Assembly (NCBI GenBank): GCA_963815115.1
Contig: CAWFFN010000007.1
Span: 832,001-896,000 of the forward strand
Source: an uncultured delta proteobacterium
Lineage (GTDB): Bacteria > Desulfobacterota > Binatia > DP-6
Length of the DNA stretch: 64,000 nucleotides
Direction of reading: 5' to 3'
In this document: one piece after another, positions 12,099-22,558 of the stretch
Layout of the letters: every line of letters starts with the position of its first letter
How positions within the stretch are numbered: position 1 is the first letter of the stretch
Position numbers and translations under genes: made by a program
Notes under the pieces: generated by a model
What the model saw: the letters and a program-made list of their open reading frames with translations, nothing else
Database searches by the model: none
Told to the model about the DNA's origin: nothing

Positions 12099-13976
12099 TC
12101 AGGCCGTCGCGAGCTGCTCCTTGATGCGGCCCGCGAGCGCCGTGGAGATGCCGGGAACCTGCACCAGCTCGTCGAGCGACGCCTCGCGTACCCGGCGCAT
12201 GCTGCCGAAGTGCCGCAGGAGCGCTCGCCGGCGTCCGGGCCCTACCCCCTCGACGGAGTCCAGCACCGAGATGAACCGCGCGCGGCGCCGCAGGTTGCGG
12301 TGGTAGGTATTGGCGAAGCGGTGCGCCTCGTCCCGGACACGCTGGAGGAGAAACAACGCCGTCGAGTTGGATCGCAGGATCACCGGGTTCTTCCGTCCCG
12401 GCAGGAAGATGCGCTCGGGACGCCGCTGGATCTCGCGGGCGAGCGCATCCCGGGCCACCCGCTCCTTCGCCAGCCCGATCACCGGCAGCGTCTCGAGACC
12501 GAGCCGCTCCAGCACGGCTCGCGCCGCGCCGAGCTGCCCCAGGCCGCCGTCGATCACCAGGAGGTCCGGCGGCTCGACCCGACGCGGGCTCTCCCGGAAG
12601 CGCCGCTCGAGCACCTCGGCGATCGACGCGAAGTCGTCGGTACCCTCGACGGAGCGAATGCGGAACCGGCGGTAGCCGTCCTTCCACGGCCGCCCGTCGA
12701 CGAATGCCACCACCGCCCCCACCGTCTCGCCGCCCTGGAACGTCGCGACGTCGACGCACTCGACCCGCCGCGGCGGCACGCGCAGCCCGAGACGGCGCTG
12801 CAGCTCGACGACCTGCCGTGCGCCGTCCGCGGCCGCATCCCGGCGCTCGGCGAAGCTCTGCCGCGCATTGGCCTGCGCCATCTCGACCAGGCGGAGCTTG
12901 TCCCCGCGCTGCGGCACCACGATGGCCACCTTGCGGCCGCGGCGTTCGGAGAGGTACTCGGTCCGCACCGGCGCGTCGGAGATCGCGACCGGCAGGAGAA
13001 TCTCGTCCGGCACGTCGCGGGCGGCTGCCTGGTAGAACTGCGTGAGCACCGCCTCGAGCACCTCCGCGTCGGGCAGCTCCCAGTCGTCGAACGCATAGGC
13101 CTGGTTCGAGACCAGCTTCCCGTCGCGCACGAAGAGGACCTGGACCTCGATGGCGCCGCCCTCGCGGTAGAGACCGAAGACGTCCTGATCGGCGCCCCAG
13201 TGCGCCACCACCTGCTGGCGCTGCTGGGTCTTCTCGATCGCCTGGATCTGGTCGCGCAGGCGCCCCGCTTCCTCGAAGCGTTCCGCCGCGGCCGCGGCTT
13301 CCATCCGCGCCCGCAGCGTCGTCGCGACCTCGCGGCTGCGACCCTCGAGCAGGAGCATCGCCTGCCGCAGGTGTTCCTGGTAGGCGCCCCGATCGACGGG
13401 CAGCACGCACGGTCCGAGGCAGCGCTTGATGTCGTATTCGATGCAGGGGCGGCTGCGATTGCGGAAGACGGCGTCGCTGCACGTCCGCAGCGGGAAGATC
13501 TTCCGGATGGTATCGAGCGTCTCGCGCACGGCGGAGGCGCTGTGGAACGGTCCGAAGTAGCGGCTGCCGTCCTTGACGATCCGGCGGGTCACCAGGACCC
13601 GCGGCCACGGCTCCTGGATCGTGACCTTCACGCTGACGTAGCTCTTGTCGTCCTTCAGCCGGATGTTGTAGCGCGGGTGGTACTGCTTGATCAGGTTGTT
13701 CTCGAGGATGAGCGCTTCCTTCTCGGTCGCCGTCACCAGGGTCTCGAAGTCGGCGAGCTTGCCCACCAGGAAGCGTACCTGGCTGCGCTCGTCGCCTCCC
13801 CGCAGGTACGAGCGCACCCGCGCCCGCAGGCTCACCGCCTTGCCGACGTAGATCACCTTGGCCTGCGCGTCCTTGAGCAGGTACACGCCCGGGCCGTTCG
13901 GCACCGCCGCCAGACGCTCGTCGAGCGTCGGAGCGGCCCGCTCCGGTCGGGTTGGAACTCCGTCCTCGCTGGACAC
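12099..13976 (-). CDS. uvrC: Excinuclease ABC subunit C
   Basis: GIY-YIG PGVY..YVGKA, PRYNIRLKDDKSY, IDGG.GQ, RDEAHRFA, HhH tail. Confidence 0.97.
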   Translation of the reverse strand: MSSEDGVPTRPERAAPTLDERLAAVPNGPGVYLLKDAQAKVIYVGKAVSLRARVRSYLRGGDERSQVRFLVGKLADFETLVTATEKEALILENNLIKQYHPRYNIRLKDDKSYVSVKVTIQEPWPRVLVTRRIVKDGSRYFGPFHSASAVRETLDTIRKIFPLRTCSDAVFRNRSRPCIEYDIKRCLGPCVLPVDRGAYQEHLRQAMLLLEGRSREVATTLRARMEAAAAAERFEEAGRLRDQIQAIEKTQQRQQVVAHWGADQDVFGLYREGGAIEVQVLFVRDGKLVSNQAYAFDDWELPDAEVLEAVLTQFYQAAARDVPDEILLPVAISDAPVRTEYLSERRGRKVAIVVPQRGDKLRLVEMAQANARQSFAERRDAAADGARQVVELQRRLGLRVPPRRVECVDVATFQGGETVGAVVAFVDGRPWKDGYRRFRIRSVEGTDDFASIAEVLERRFRESPRRVEPPDLLVIDGGLGQLGAARAVLERLGLETLPVIGLAKERVARDALAREIQRRPERIFLPGRKNPVILRSNSTALFLLQRVRDEAHRFANTYHRNLRRRARFISVLDSVEGVGPGRRRALLRHFGSMRRVREASLDELVQVPGISTALAGRIKEQLATA

Positions 13977-14038
13977 GCGGCTCCTATCTTATCGGGACCG
14001 GGGCGGGAGCGGGAGCGTGCGGCCGGCGGCGTGCCGAG

Positions 14039-16069
14039 TCAAGCCGGCTCGCCGTCGGGGAGCTGCACCCCGAGCAGCCGCTCCTCGAGTCCGCGGATCT
14101 CGTCGCGCAGCGACGCGGCGCGCTCGAACTCGAGCTGCCGCGCCGCCTCGCGCATCTCGCCGCGCAGCGCGGCGATGCGCTTGGCGATCGCCGCGGGATC
14201 GGCCGGGGCGTCCGCCGCCAGCCCCCCGCCGTCGACGGCGACGGTCACGTAGTCGCCCTCGCACGCCACCACCAGCGGATCGCTGATCGCCTTGCGGATC
14301 GTCTGCGGCGTGATGCCGTGCTCGGTGTTGTACTCGCGCTGCGCGTCGCGCCGGCGACTCGTCTCGCCGATGGCTTTCCGCATCGATTCGGTCACGGAGT
14401 CGGCATACATGAGCACGGTCCCGCGCGCGTTCCGCGCCGCCCGTCCGATGGTCTGGATGAGCGACCGCTCGGAGCGGAGATAGCCCTCCTTGTCGGCGTC
14501 GAGGATGGCGACCAGCGAGACCTCGGGCAGATCGAGCCCCTCGCGAAGCAGGTTGATGCCGACGAGGACGTCGAAGGTGCCCTTGCGCAGCTCGCGGATG
14601 ATCTCGCTGCGCTCGATGGTATCGATATCGGCGTGGATGTAGCGCACCCGGATGCCGATGTCCTGGAGGTAGTCGGTCAGGTCCTCGGCCATCTTCTTGG
14701 TCAGGGTCGTCACCAGCACGCGTTCGGCCGCCGTCACGCGCGAGCGGATCTCTCCCACCAGGTCGTCGACCTGGTGGCGCGCCGGCCGCACGATCACCTC
14801 CGGATCCATCAACCCCGTCGGCCGGATGAGCTGCTCCACCACCCTGCTCTTCGCCATGCGGACCTCCCAGTCTCCCGGGGTGGCCGAGACGTAGAGCGCT
14901 TGCGGCACGTGGCCCAGGAACTCCTCGAAGTTCAGCGGCCGGTTGTCGAGGGCCGACGGCAGGCGGAAGCCGAACTCGACGAGCGTCTCCTTGCGCGACC
15001 GGTCGCCGCGGTACATGCCGCCGATCTGGGGCACGGTCACGTGGCTCTCGTCGATGACGAGGATGAAGTCCTTCGGGAAGTAGTCGAGCAGCGTGTACGG
15101 GGGCTGACCCGGCTCGCGGCCGTCGAGGTGGCGCGAGTAGTTCTCGATCCCCGGACAGAACCCCATCTCGGCGAGCAGCTCGAGGTCGTACAGGGTGCGC
15201 TGCTCGAGCCGCTGCGCCTCGAGCAGCTTGCGCGCGTCGCGCAGCTCGGCGAGGCGCTCCTTCAGCTCGACGCGGATGCCGTCGACGGCCTTCTTGAGCG
15301 TCGGCGCGGTGGCGACGTAGTGGCTGGCCGGGTAGACCGCCACCCGCTCGACCCGCCGCAGCACCTTGCCGCGCAGGGGATCGATCTCGGCGATCGACTC
15401 GACGGTGTCGCCGAACAGCTCGACCCGGATCGCACGCCCTTCCTCGTATGCCGGGTAGATCTCGACGACGTCGCCGCGCACCCGGAACGTGCCGCGGTGG
15501 AAGTCGTAGTCGTTGCGCTGGTACTGCATGTCGACGAGCTTGCGCAGGAGCACGTCGCGCTCCACGGTGTCTTCGTGCTCGAGGACGACCAGCATGTCGA
15601 AGTACGACGCCGGCGAGCCGAGGCCGTAGATGCAGGACACGCTCGCCACCACCAGGACGTCGTTGCGCTCGAGCAGCGCCTTGGTGGCCGCATGGCGCAT
15701 CTTGTCGATCTCGTCGTTGATCGAGGCGTCCTTGGCGATGTAGGTGTCGGTCGAGGGGACGTACGCCTCGGGCTGGTAGTAGTCGTAGTAGCTCACGAAG
15801 TACCGCACGGCGTTGTCGGGGAAGAAGGTGCGGAACTCGTGGAAGAGCTGGGCGGCGAGGGTCTTGTTGGGCGCGATGACGAGGGTCGGCATGTTCACCT
15901 GCGCCACGACCTGCGAGACCGTGAAGGTCTTGCCGCTTCCCGTCACGCCGAGCAGGACCTGGTGGCGCTCGCCCGCGCGCAGCCCCTCGGCCAGGGCCGC
16001 GATGGCCTGGGGCTGATCTCCCTGCGGGACAAAGTCGGCGCGGAGCCGGAACGATCCGTCGCGGCGCAT
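14039..16069 (-). CDS. uvrB: Excinuclease ABC subunit B
   Basis: [42 protein letters not shown] tail. Confidence 0.98.
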   Translation of the reverse strand: MRRDGSFRLRADFVPQGDQPQAIAALAEGLRAGERHQVLLGVTGSGKTFTVSQVVAQVNMPTLVIAPNKTLAAQLFHEFRTFFPDNAVRYFVSYYDYYQPEAYVPSTDTYIAKDASINDEIDKMRHAATKALLERNDVLVVASVSCIYGLGSPASYFDMLVVLEHEDTVERDVLLRKLVDMQYQRNDYDFHRGTFRVRGDVVEIYPAYEEGRAIRVELFGDTVESIAEIDPLRGKVLRRVERVAVYPASHYVATAPTLKKAVDGIRVELKERLAELRDARKLLEAQRLEQRTLYDLELLAEMGFCPGIENYSRHLDGREPGQPPYTLLDYFPKDFILVIDESHVTVPQIGGMYRGDRSRKETLVEFGFRLPSALDNRPLNFEEFLGHVPQALYVSATPGDWEVRMAKSRVVEQLIRPTGLMDPEVIVRPARHQVDDLVGEIRSRVTAAERVLVTTLTKKMAEDLTDYLQDIGIRVRYIHADIDTIERSEIIRELRKGTFDVLVGINLLREGLDLPEVSLVAILDADKEGYLRSERSLIQTIGRAARNARGTVLMYADSVTESMRKAIGETSRRRDAQREYNTEHGITPQTIRKAISDPLVVACEGDYVTVAVDGGGLAADAPADPAAIAKRIAALRGEMREAARQLEFERAASLRDEIRGLEERLLGVQLPDGEPA

Positions 16070-16166
16070 GGTGCGCGATGATACCAGCGCTGGGAGATCG
16101 CTCAACGCGTTGCGCGCCAGCGTGCCGTGTGGTTCACGGGCGAGATTCCGGCTTGAGGAGGGACTC

Positions 16167-16532
16167 ATGCGGCGATTCGTGACCTGCTTCGTAGCGGCGC
16201 TCTGCCTCGTCCTCGCGGCGCACGCGCTTCCGGCCCATGCCGAGGACATGAGCTTCACCGTGGTCAACGTGGAGTTCGAGGGTACCAAGATATGGGTTCC
16301 CGGAACGCTGGTCGTCCGCAAGGGCACAAAGGTGAAGCTCAAGCTCATCAACAACGTGCCGGCCGACCCCAATCAGCACGGCTTCGCCATCCCGGCCTAC
16401 AACATCGCCGAGGTCGTCACCCGTGGCGAGCCGAAGCAGCTCGAGTTCACCGCCGACAAGGAAGGCGTGTTTCCGATCATCTGCCAGCTTCACCCTGCGC
16501 ACGTCGGGGGCGAGCTGGTCGTCTTGCCCTGA
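16167..16532 (+). CDS. Secreted cupredoxin-domain protein (nitrosocyanin-like)
   Basis: Signal peptide, HGFAI and C-terminal CQLHPAH; GAGG RBS. Confidence 0.8.
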   Translation: MRRFVTCFVAALCLVLAAHALPAHAEDMSFTVVNVEFEGTKIWVPGTLVVRKGTKVKLKLINNVPADPNQHGFAIPAYNIAEVVTRGEPKQLEFTADKEGVFPIICQLHPAHVGGELVVLP

Positions 16533-16597
16533 GGCTGGTCGGGGGGTGAGGCGCGCTCCGGCGACCTCGCCCGTTCCTCGCCGGTCCGAGCCGCAGC

Positions 16598-16909
16598 TCA
16601 GTGCTTGCCAGATCGCCAGCGCCGGTACTGCTCGTTGAACTGCTGGCGCTGGCTGGGATTCTGGTTGCGGTAGGCGTCGTAGTTCTGGCGCAAGCGCTTC
16701 TGCTCCTCGGGGGGCATCCCCTGGAAGCGCTGGAAGCTGTTCTCGAGCGAGTTGCGCCGCTGCTGGGGCATCTGCTGGTACCGCCGGTAGTTGTCCCAGG
16801 CCCGCTGCTGCTCCTCGGGAGAGAGCTGCTGCCAGTCACGCACGAACCGCTGCGCGTCGCTGGGCGCGGCCGTCGCCATGAGCAGCATCACGGCGATGAA
16901 GCCCCTCAT
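16598..16909 (-). CDS. DUF3106-like periplasmic helical-repeat protein
   Basis: Signal peptide, then WQQLSPEEQ / FQGMPPEEQ repeats; third gene of the ECF operon. Confidence 0.75.
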   Translation of the reverse strand: MRGFIAVMLLMATAAPSDAQRFVRDWQQLSPEEQQRAWDNYRRYQQMPQQRRNSLENSFQRFQGMPPEEQKRLRQNYDAYRNQNPSQRQQFNEQYRRWRSGKH

Positions 16910-17520
16910 CCGCTCGAATGCCCTCCGTTGCCGCCATCCACGGAGATGGTCTGGATGGCCTCGTAGTGCTGGAGCTTGTCGAGGTTGCGCAGGAGCGGCA
17001 GGTTGACGAACAGATCGGGTCGTGCCGTCAGCTCCGGCGGCGGCTCCCCGGGCAGCACGCGGGCGGCACGGCGCCGCTCGCGGGACGGCGGCGCGACAGT
17101 CGGCGCCGGTGTGCCGGCACGCTCCGCGATCCGCTGCGGCGCCGCGGTCAGCGCGCCCCCGGGTGCCACCGGGGCGGACACCGGACCGCTGTCCCGGAGC
17201 GACAGCCGGGCGGCGACCACCAGGATCGCCGTCGCGGCGAGTGCCGGAACCGCGATGCCGAGCCAGCGCCCGCGACGTTCCGGTGCCTCCGCGCCGTCGG
17301 CGAGACGCACCCGGCGCAGCGTGACCTGCTCGAGCCGCGCCGGAAGCGCAGCTTCGAGAGGGAGCGTGCCGAGCGCTCGATCGAGCGCGGCGTAGGCCTC
17401 CCATTCGCGCCGGCACGCCGAGCAGCGCTCCAGGTGCTGCCCGAGCCGGTCGGGCCGGCGTCCCGAGAGCTCACCCGCCAGGGCGACCGTCATCCATCGT
17501 TCAGCGCGTCGGCATCGCAT
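16906..17520 (-). CDS. Zinc-finger (ZAS) anti-sigma factor
   Basis: HLERCSAC (HxxxCxxC), single TM helix, directly downstream of the ECF sigma gene. Confidence 0.85.
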   Translation of the reverse strand: MRCRRAERWMTVALAGELSGRRPDRLGQHLERCSACRREWEAYAALDRALGTLPLEAALPARLEQVTLRRVRLADGAEAPERRGRWLGIAVPALAATAILVVAARLSLRDSGPVSAPVAPGGALTAAPQRIAERAGTPAPTVAPPSRERRRAARVLPGEPPPELTARPDLFVNLPLLRNLDKLQHYEAIQTISVDGGNGGHSSG

Positions 17521-17544
17521 GAGAAACCATTCCTCCTCAATCGA

Positions 17545-18183
17545 CTACAGGAAATCGCGCAGCCTGTCCCGCAGGCCGTGCGTGGCCCGGAACAGGAGCG
17601 CCTTCACCGCTCCCTCGGTGGTGCCGAGAGCTTCCGCGACGTCGCGGTAGGCCATGCCGTCGAGCCGGGAGAGCAGCAGCGCCGCACGCTGCTTCGGCGG
17701 CAGCGCCGCCACCGCGGCCTCGAGCGCCCTGGCCAGCTCGAGGCTGGCCGCGCCGGCCTCGGGATCGATGGCCTCCGGATCGGGAAGCGGCGGCCCCTCC
17801 CGGGCCTCGGGCTCGTCCTTGCGCGGCTCCCAGAGGTCGACCCGGAGCTGGCGCTCCGGGCGGCGCAATTCGTTCAGGCAGAGGTTGGTCGCGATCGTGA
17901 ACACCCAGGTGGAGAGCCTGCTCTCCGGGCGATAGCGCTGGCGGAAGCGAAACACCTGCACGAAGACGTCCTGGGTGATCTCCTCCGCCCGGGCGTCGTG
18001 TCCCAGCAGCCGACGGACGTATTGCAGCACGCGGGGCCCGAGACGCCGAAACAGCTCGGGGAAGGCGTGCTCCTCCCCTCGCTGCACCTGCAGCATGAGC
18101 TGGACGTCGGGGTCGGCCTCGGCCGCGCCGGCGGAAGAGTCCGGGCGCGCCTGGCCGCCCCCCGGGAGGCCGGCCCGCGTCAT
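17545..18183 (-). CDS. ECF RNA polymerase sigma factor
   Basis: AEEITQDVF, STWVFTIATNLCLN, LPPKQR, YRDVAEALG....VKALLFRA. Confidence 0.93.
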   Translation of the reverse strand: MTRAGLPGGGQARPDSSAGAAEADPDVQLMLQVQRGEEHAFPELFRRLGPRVLQYVRRLLGHDARAEEITQDVFVQVFRFRQRYRPESRLSTWVFTIATNLCLNELRRPERQLRVDLWEPRKDEPEAREGPPLPDPEAIDPEAGAASLELARALEAAVAALPPKQRAALLLSRLDGMAYRDVAEALGTTEGAVKALLFRATHGLRDRLRDFL

Positions 18184-18313
18184 CGGTAGAGGAATTGTAA
18201 GCCAGGGGGCCGGGAGGGGATAGGCAGCCGCAAGCACCGTCCGTGGAACACCGCGACCGGCCCGAGGTTGCGGACGCTGGCCTGGGTGCCATGAAGCTGC
18301 TAACGCCTGACGA

Positions 18314-19918
18314 GTGACCGGCCAGCACCCCGATCCGTCCCTGGCGAGCCACCTGCGACGCGTGTCCTCCTATGTCGAGGGCACCGGTCTGACCGACGAT
18401 CGCCTCGATCGCCCCGACCTGCGACGCGCCCTGGCGGCCTTCATCACGCTCAGGACCCCGGTGCTCCTCGATCGCTGGGTGTCGGACATCGGATCGGCGT
18501 TGCAGATTCCCGAGCACGATCGCCCCGCCGTCAAGGCGGATCAGGAGGCCGCTCTCGTCCGCTGGGCCCGGCACGTCGCCGACCCACACAACCTGGAGAC
18601 GTATCTTTTTCTACGCAGCCATACGCGTCGCGGCTTCATCGCGCAGTTCACGGCGTCGCGCTTCCTGGTCGCGCAGATGCGTTTCGTGCAGCTCCTGGCG
18701 GAGGACCTGGAGCGCGAGTACGCCAACGACCGGCCTCGCGCCCGGGCGCTGGCCGGGCTCCTCGAGCAGGAGTTCGCCATCCGCATCCTCCACATCACCG
18801 ACTTCTTCGTCGAGGGCCGCGAGGACCTGCTGCTCGAGCAGGAGGCGAGCTACCGGCGCACCATCGATCACACGCCGGCCTGCATCTTCATGGCGGATGC
18901 GGCCGACGGGCGCATCTTCTCGGCCAATGCCGCCGCCGAGGACCTGCTCGGGTACGAGCGCGCCGCGTTCGAGGGACGGGCCGTGGTCGACCTCCACCCG
19001 CCCGCCGAACAGGGGCGTGCCGAAGCCCTGCTGCGCAGCGCGCAGGACCAGGGTCACGCGAGCCGCGACGACCTCCACCTGCGCACGCGCTCGGGCCAGC
19101 TGGTGCCGGTCTTCGTCAGCGCCGGCTTCATCGACTACGGCGACCGCCACTGGCACCAGCTCATGTACGTCGACGTCTCGGATCGAAAGCGCCTCGAGGG
19201 CCAGCTCATCCAGTCCGAGAAGATGGCGGCGATCGGGCAGCTGGCCGCCGGCATCGCGCACGAGCTGCGCAACCCGCTCGCCATCGTGATGAACGCGCTC
19301 TACGATCTGCGCCAGGTGCTCGGTCCCGCGCCGCCCGAGGTCCTGGAGGATCTGCACATCGCCGAGGAGGAGATCAGCCGCGCCCAGGCGATCATCAAGA
19401 ACCTGCTCGAGTTCTCCCGCGAATCGGGAGCGGAGATGGAGCGCGTCGACGTGAACGACCTGCTCACGCGCACCGTCCAGCTCATGCAGAAGTACCTGCA
19501 GAACGCCGGGGTCCGCGTCACCGCCGATCTGGGGGAGGTGCCGCCCTGCGTGGCGAACGCCAACGCCATGCGGCAGATCCTGCTCAACCTGATCACGAAC
19601 GCCGTGCAGGCGATGCCGAACGGCGGCGACCTCTTCCTGCGCACCGCGCGCTCCGTCGGTGATCGCGTGCACCTCGAGGTCCGGGACACCGGGACGGGCA
19701 TCGCGGCCGCGCACCTGCGCGACATCTTCAACCCCTTCTACACCACCAAGGCTCCCGGCCAGGGGACGGGCCTCGGCCTGTCCGTGGTGCATTCCATCCT
19801 CCAGCGCTATCGAGGCGACATTCGCGTCGCGAGCGAGGTCGGCGTAGGAACCACGTTCACCATCGAGCTACCCTGTCCCTGCCACGACGATGCCGGAGGC
19901 GAGCCCGCGCAGCCCTGA
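18314..19918 (+). CDS. Cytoplasmic PAS sensor histidine kinase with helical N-terminal sensor
   Basis: PAS domain, QSEKMAAIGQLAAGIAHELRNPL, NLITNA, DTGTGI, GTGLGLS. Confidence 0.92.
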   Translation: MTGQHPDPSLASHLRRVSSYVEGTGLTDDRLDRPDLRRALAAFITLRTPVLLDRWVSDIGSALQIPEHDRPAVKADQEAALVRWARHVADPHNLETYLFLRSHTRRGFIAQFTASRFLVAQMRFVQLLAEDLEREYANDRPRARALAGLLEQEFAIRILHITDFFVEGREDLLLEQEASYRRTIDHTPACIFMADAADGRIFSANAAAEDLLGYERAAFEGRAVVDLHPPAEQGRAEALLRSAQDQGHASRDDLHLRTRSGQLVPVFVSAGFIDYGDRHWHQLMYVDVSDRKRLEGQLIQSEKMAAIGQLAAGIAHELRNPLAIVMNALYDLRQVLGPAPPEVLEDLHIAEEEISRAQAIIKNLLEFSRESGAEMERVDVNDLLTRTVQLMQKYLQNAGVRVTADLGEVPPCVANANAMRQILLNLITNAVQAMPNGGDLFLRTARSVGDRVHLEVRDTGTGIAAAHLRDIFNPFYTTKAPGQGTGLGLSVVHSILQRYRGDIRVASEVGVGTTFTIELPCPCHDDAGGEPAQP

Positions 19919-19925
19919 CGCCGCG

Positions 19926-21275
19926 ATGCCGGCGCGCATTCTGCTCGTCGAGGACGAGCTGAACATGGCCCGCACGCTGGCGAAGAACCTCGAGCGGGCG
20001 GGCTACGAGGTCGAGCACGCCCCGCATGGCGAGGCGGCGCTCGCCCGGCTGCAGAGCGTCACCTTCGACATCGTGCTCACCGATCTGAAGATGCCCGTCA
20101 TGGACGGCATGGACCTGCTGCGGGCGATGCACGAGCGGCACCTCGGCGCCGCCGCGATCGTGCTCACGGGCTACGGCACGATCGAATCGGCGGTGGAAGC
20201 GATGAAGCTCGGCGCCGCCGACTACATCATCAAGGACGCGCGTCCGCAGGAGATCCTCCTCACCGTCGAACGGGTGCTTCGTCTCACCTCGCTCAAGAGC
20301 GAGAACGCGCGGCTGCGGCGGGAGATTCGCCGCCTGCACGGCTTCGGCGAGCTCATCGGGCACAGCGCGAGCATGGAGACGGTCTACCTGCTGATGGACG
20401 CCGTCAGCCACAACAAGAGCACCGTGCTGCTGAGCGGCGAGAGCGGGACCGGGAAGGAGCTGGTCGCGCGCACGGTGCACCAGCGCGGCGTGCTGCGCGA
20501 CGCGCCCTTCGTCGCGATCAACTGCGCGGGGTTGTCCGAGACGCTGCTCGACAGCCAGCTCTTCGGGCACCGTCGCGGCGCCTTCACGGGCGCGGTCGCC
20601 GACCACGACGGCGTCTTCCGCGCCGCCACTGGCGGCACGCTGCTTCTCGACGAGGTCGCGGAGATCCCGATCGCCCTGCAGGCCAAGTTCCTGCGCGCGA
20701 TCCAGGAGCGCGAGGTCACCCCGCTCGGATCGAGCCGGCCGGTCCCGGTCGACGTCCGCCTGATCGCGGCGACCAACCGCGACCTCGAGGCGGAGGTGCG
20801 CGACGGGCGCTTTCGCGCCGACCTCTTCTATCGCCTGAACGTCGTCCACATCGAGCTGCCGCCGCTGCGCGCCCGGCGCGAGGACATTCCGCCGCTCGTC
20901 GAGCACTTCCTCGCCCGCTACTCCGAGCAGTACCAGGTGGCGCCCAAGCGCATCGCGCCCGACGCCCTCCAGGCCCTGGTCGCCTTCGATTGGCCGGGCA
21001 ACATCCGCCAGCTCCAGAACTCCATCGAGCGCGCCTTCGCGCTCTCGGCGGCCGACGTCGTGTCGCTGGAGGATCTCCCACCCGCGCTGCGCGGCGCCTC
21101 CGTGGCCGAGCCGGCCCGGGCCGCGACCGGCTCCCTGCCGACGCTCGCCGACGCGGAGCGCCAGCTGATCGCGGCCGCGCTCGAGAAGAGTGCCGGCAAC
21201 AAGAACGAGGCGGCTCGCCTGCTCGGGATCGACCGCCAGCGGCTCTACCGGAAGATCGAGAAGTACCACCTGTAG
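19926..21275 (+). CDS. Sigma54-dependent (NtrC-family) response regulator
   Basis: Receiver domain, GESGTGKE, GAFTGA, RADLFYRLNV, WPGNIRQL, Fis HTH. Confidence 0.95.
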   Translation: MPARILLVEDELNMARTLAKNLERAGYEVEHAPHGEAALARLQSVTFDIVLTDLKMPVMDGMDLLRAMHERHLGAAAIVLTGYGTIESAVEAMKLGAADYIIKDARPQEILLTVERVLRLTSLKSENARLRREIRRLHGFGELIGHSASMETVYLLMDAVSHNKSTVLLSGESGTGKELVARTVHQRGVLRDAPFVAINCAGLSETLLDSQLFGHRRGAFTGAVADHDGVFRAATGGTLLLDEVAEIPIALQAKFLRAIQEREVTPLGSSRPVPVDVRLIAATNRDLEAEVRDGRFRADLFYRLNVVHIELPPLRARREDIPPLVEHFLARYSEQYQVAPKRIAPDALQALVAFDWPGNIRQLQNSIERAFALSAADVVSLEDLPPALRGASVAEPARAATGSLPTLADAERQLIAAALEKSAGNKNEAARLLGIDRQRLYRKIEKYHL

Positions 21276-21287
21276 GCGCGGTCCGTT

Positions 21288-21941
21288 CTACGATTCGCAC
21301 CAGGTGATGGCGGAGAGTGCGACGGTCTCGACCACGCCCTCCTCGATCACCTGGTGGCGCGTCGTCCGGGCGAGCAGACCGAGGGCGGACAGCTCGGGGT
21401 AGAAGGCGCGGGTGTCGATGCGGGCACCGTCGGCGAGCAGCGCGAGCCCGTCCGGGGCGAGGTGGTCGGCGACGGCGCGCGCCACGGCGGGAAACGCAGC
21501 GCGGTCGTACAGCACCTCGGCGAGCAGCACGAGGTCGAACCGGCGGCGCACGGCGCCGCCGGTCAGGTCGGCGGCCACCACGTCGACCGCGACGCCGTTC
21601 GCGCGCGCGCTCGCACGGACGAAGGAGAGCGCGGCGGCCGCGCGATCGACGAAGGTCACCTTGGCACCGCGGCGCGCCGCGACCAGCCCCGGAAGGCCGA
21701 GCCCGCAGCCGAGCTCGATCGCATGGAGGTGACCGCGCGGCACGGCGGCGGCGAGCACGCGCGCGCCGCTCCACAGATGCGCCCAGTACGGTGGCTCCGG
21801 CGCATCGCCCTCGGCGAGGAGAGCACGGCGGTCGACGTAGCGCTCGAGGTCGTCCACCTGCCAGAGCGCGACGTGCTCCGACCCGACGCGGACGCGCGCG
21901 AGTCTGGCGACGAAACCGGCGATCTCTCTATTGTCACTCAT
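21288..21941 (-). CDS. Class I SAM-dependent methyltransferase (family 16-like)
   Basis: PPYWAHLW, IELGCGLGLPG, AEVLYD. Confidence 0.85.
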   Translation of the reverse strand: MSDNREIAGFVARLARVRVGSEHVALWQVDDLERYVDRRALLAEGDAPEPPYWAHLWSGARVLAAAVPRGHLHAIELGCGLGLPGLVAARRGAKVTFVDRAAAALSFVRASARANGVAVDVVAADLTGGAVRRRFDLVLLAEVLYDRAAFPAVARAVADHLAPDGLALLADGARIDTRAFYPELSALGLLARTTRHQVIEEGVVETVALSAITWCES

Positions 21942-22012
21942 CCGGTCTGGTGGTATGGACGCGCCGCAGTCGACACCGGCTGGGAGGAGTCGATGGAGGA
22001 GATGGTCGCCCG

Positions 22013-22558
22013 GTGGGGACCCGATCGCAACCGCCGCTGAGCACCCGGCATCGCGGACGCGCGCTCCGGCGTTCCCGGCGTCGTTTTGCCCGCGTCACGG
22101 CCGCGGCCCTCATCTGCGTGCTGGCCGGATGCGCGGGAAGCGGGACTGGCGGAGGTGGAGGCGGGGGCGGCGGCGGCGGCAACAACTGCAAGACACCGCC
22201 GCCGGCGACGGTCTCCTTCTCGATGAACATCCAGCCGATCTACAACCGCTCGTGCGCCACCTCGTCCGCCTGCCACGTCGGCCCGACGGCAGGGCAAGGC
22301 CTCCAGCTGCAGGAGGGCGTGTCGTACGGCGCCACCGTCAACGTCCCGTCGACCGAGATGCCGAAGTTCCTGCTGGTCAAGCCGGGCGACCCGGACGCCA
22401 GCTACCTGGTGCGGAAGATCGAGGGCGGCCCGAACATCTCCGGTCTGCAGATGCCGCAGGGCTGTCCGGGCACGCCGCTCGGAGGCGCGGTGTGCCTGAG
22501 CGCCGACGACATCGCCGCCATCCGCACCTGGGTGACGGAATGCGCGCAAAACAACTGA
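22013..22558 (+). CDS. Lipoprotein with Planctomycete-type cytochrome c-like domain (atypical CX5CH); start uncertain
   Basis: Lipobox LAGC, poly-Gly linker, VSF...IQPIY..SCATSSACH, PGDPDASYL, MP, IRTWV. Confidence 0.7.
   Translation: MGTRSQPPLSTRHRGRALRRSRRRFARVTAAALICVLAGCAGSGTGGGGGGGGGGGNNCKTPPPATVSFSMNIQPIYNRSCATSSACHVGPTAGQGLQLQEGVSYGATVNVPSTEMPKFLLVKPGDPDASYLVRKIEGGPNISGLQMPQGCPGTPLGGAVCLSADDIAAIRTWVTECAQNN

Noticed and set aside
9156-14252. 1698-aa plus-strand ORF
   Set aside because: Antisense shadow of comEC and uvrC; Arg/Pro/Ala-rich and without domain signatures
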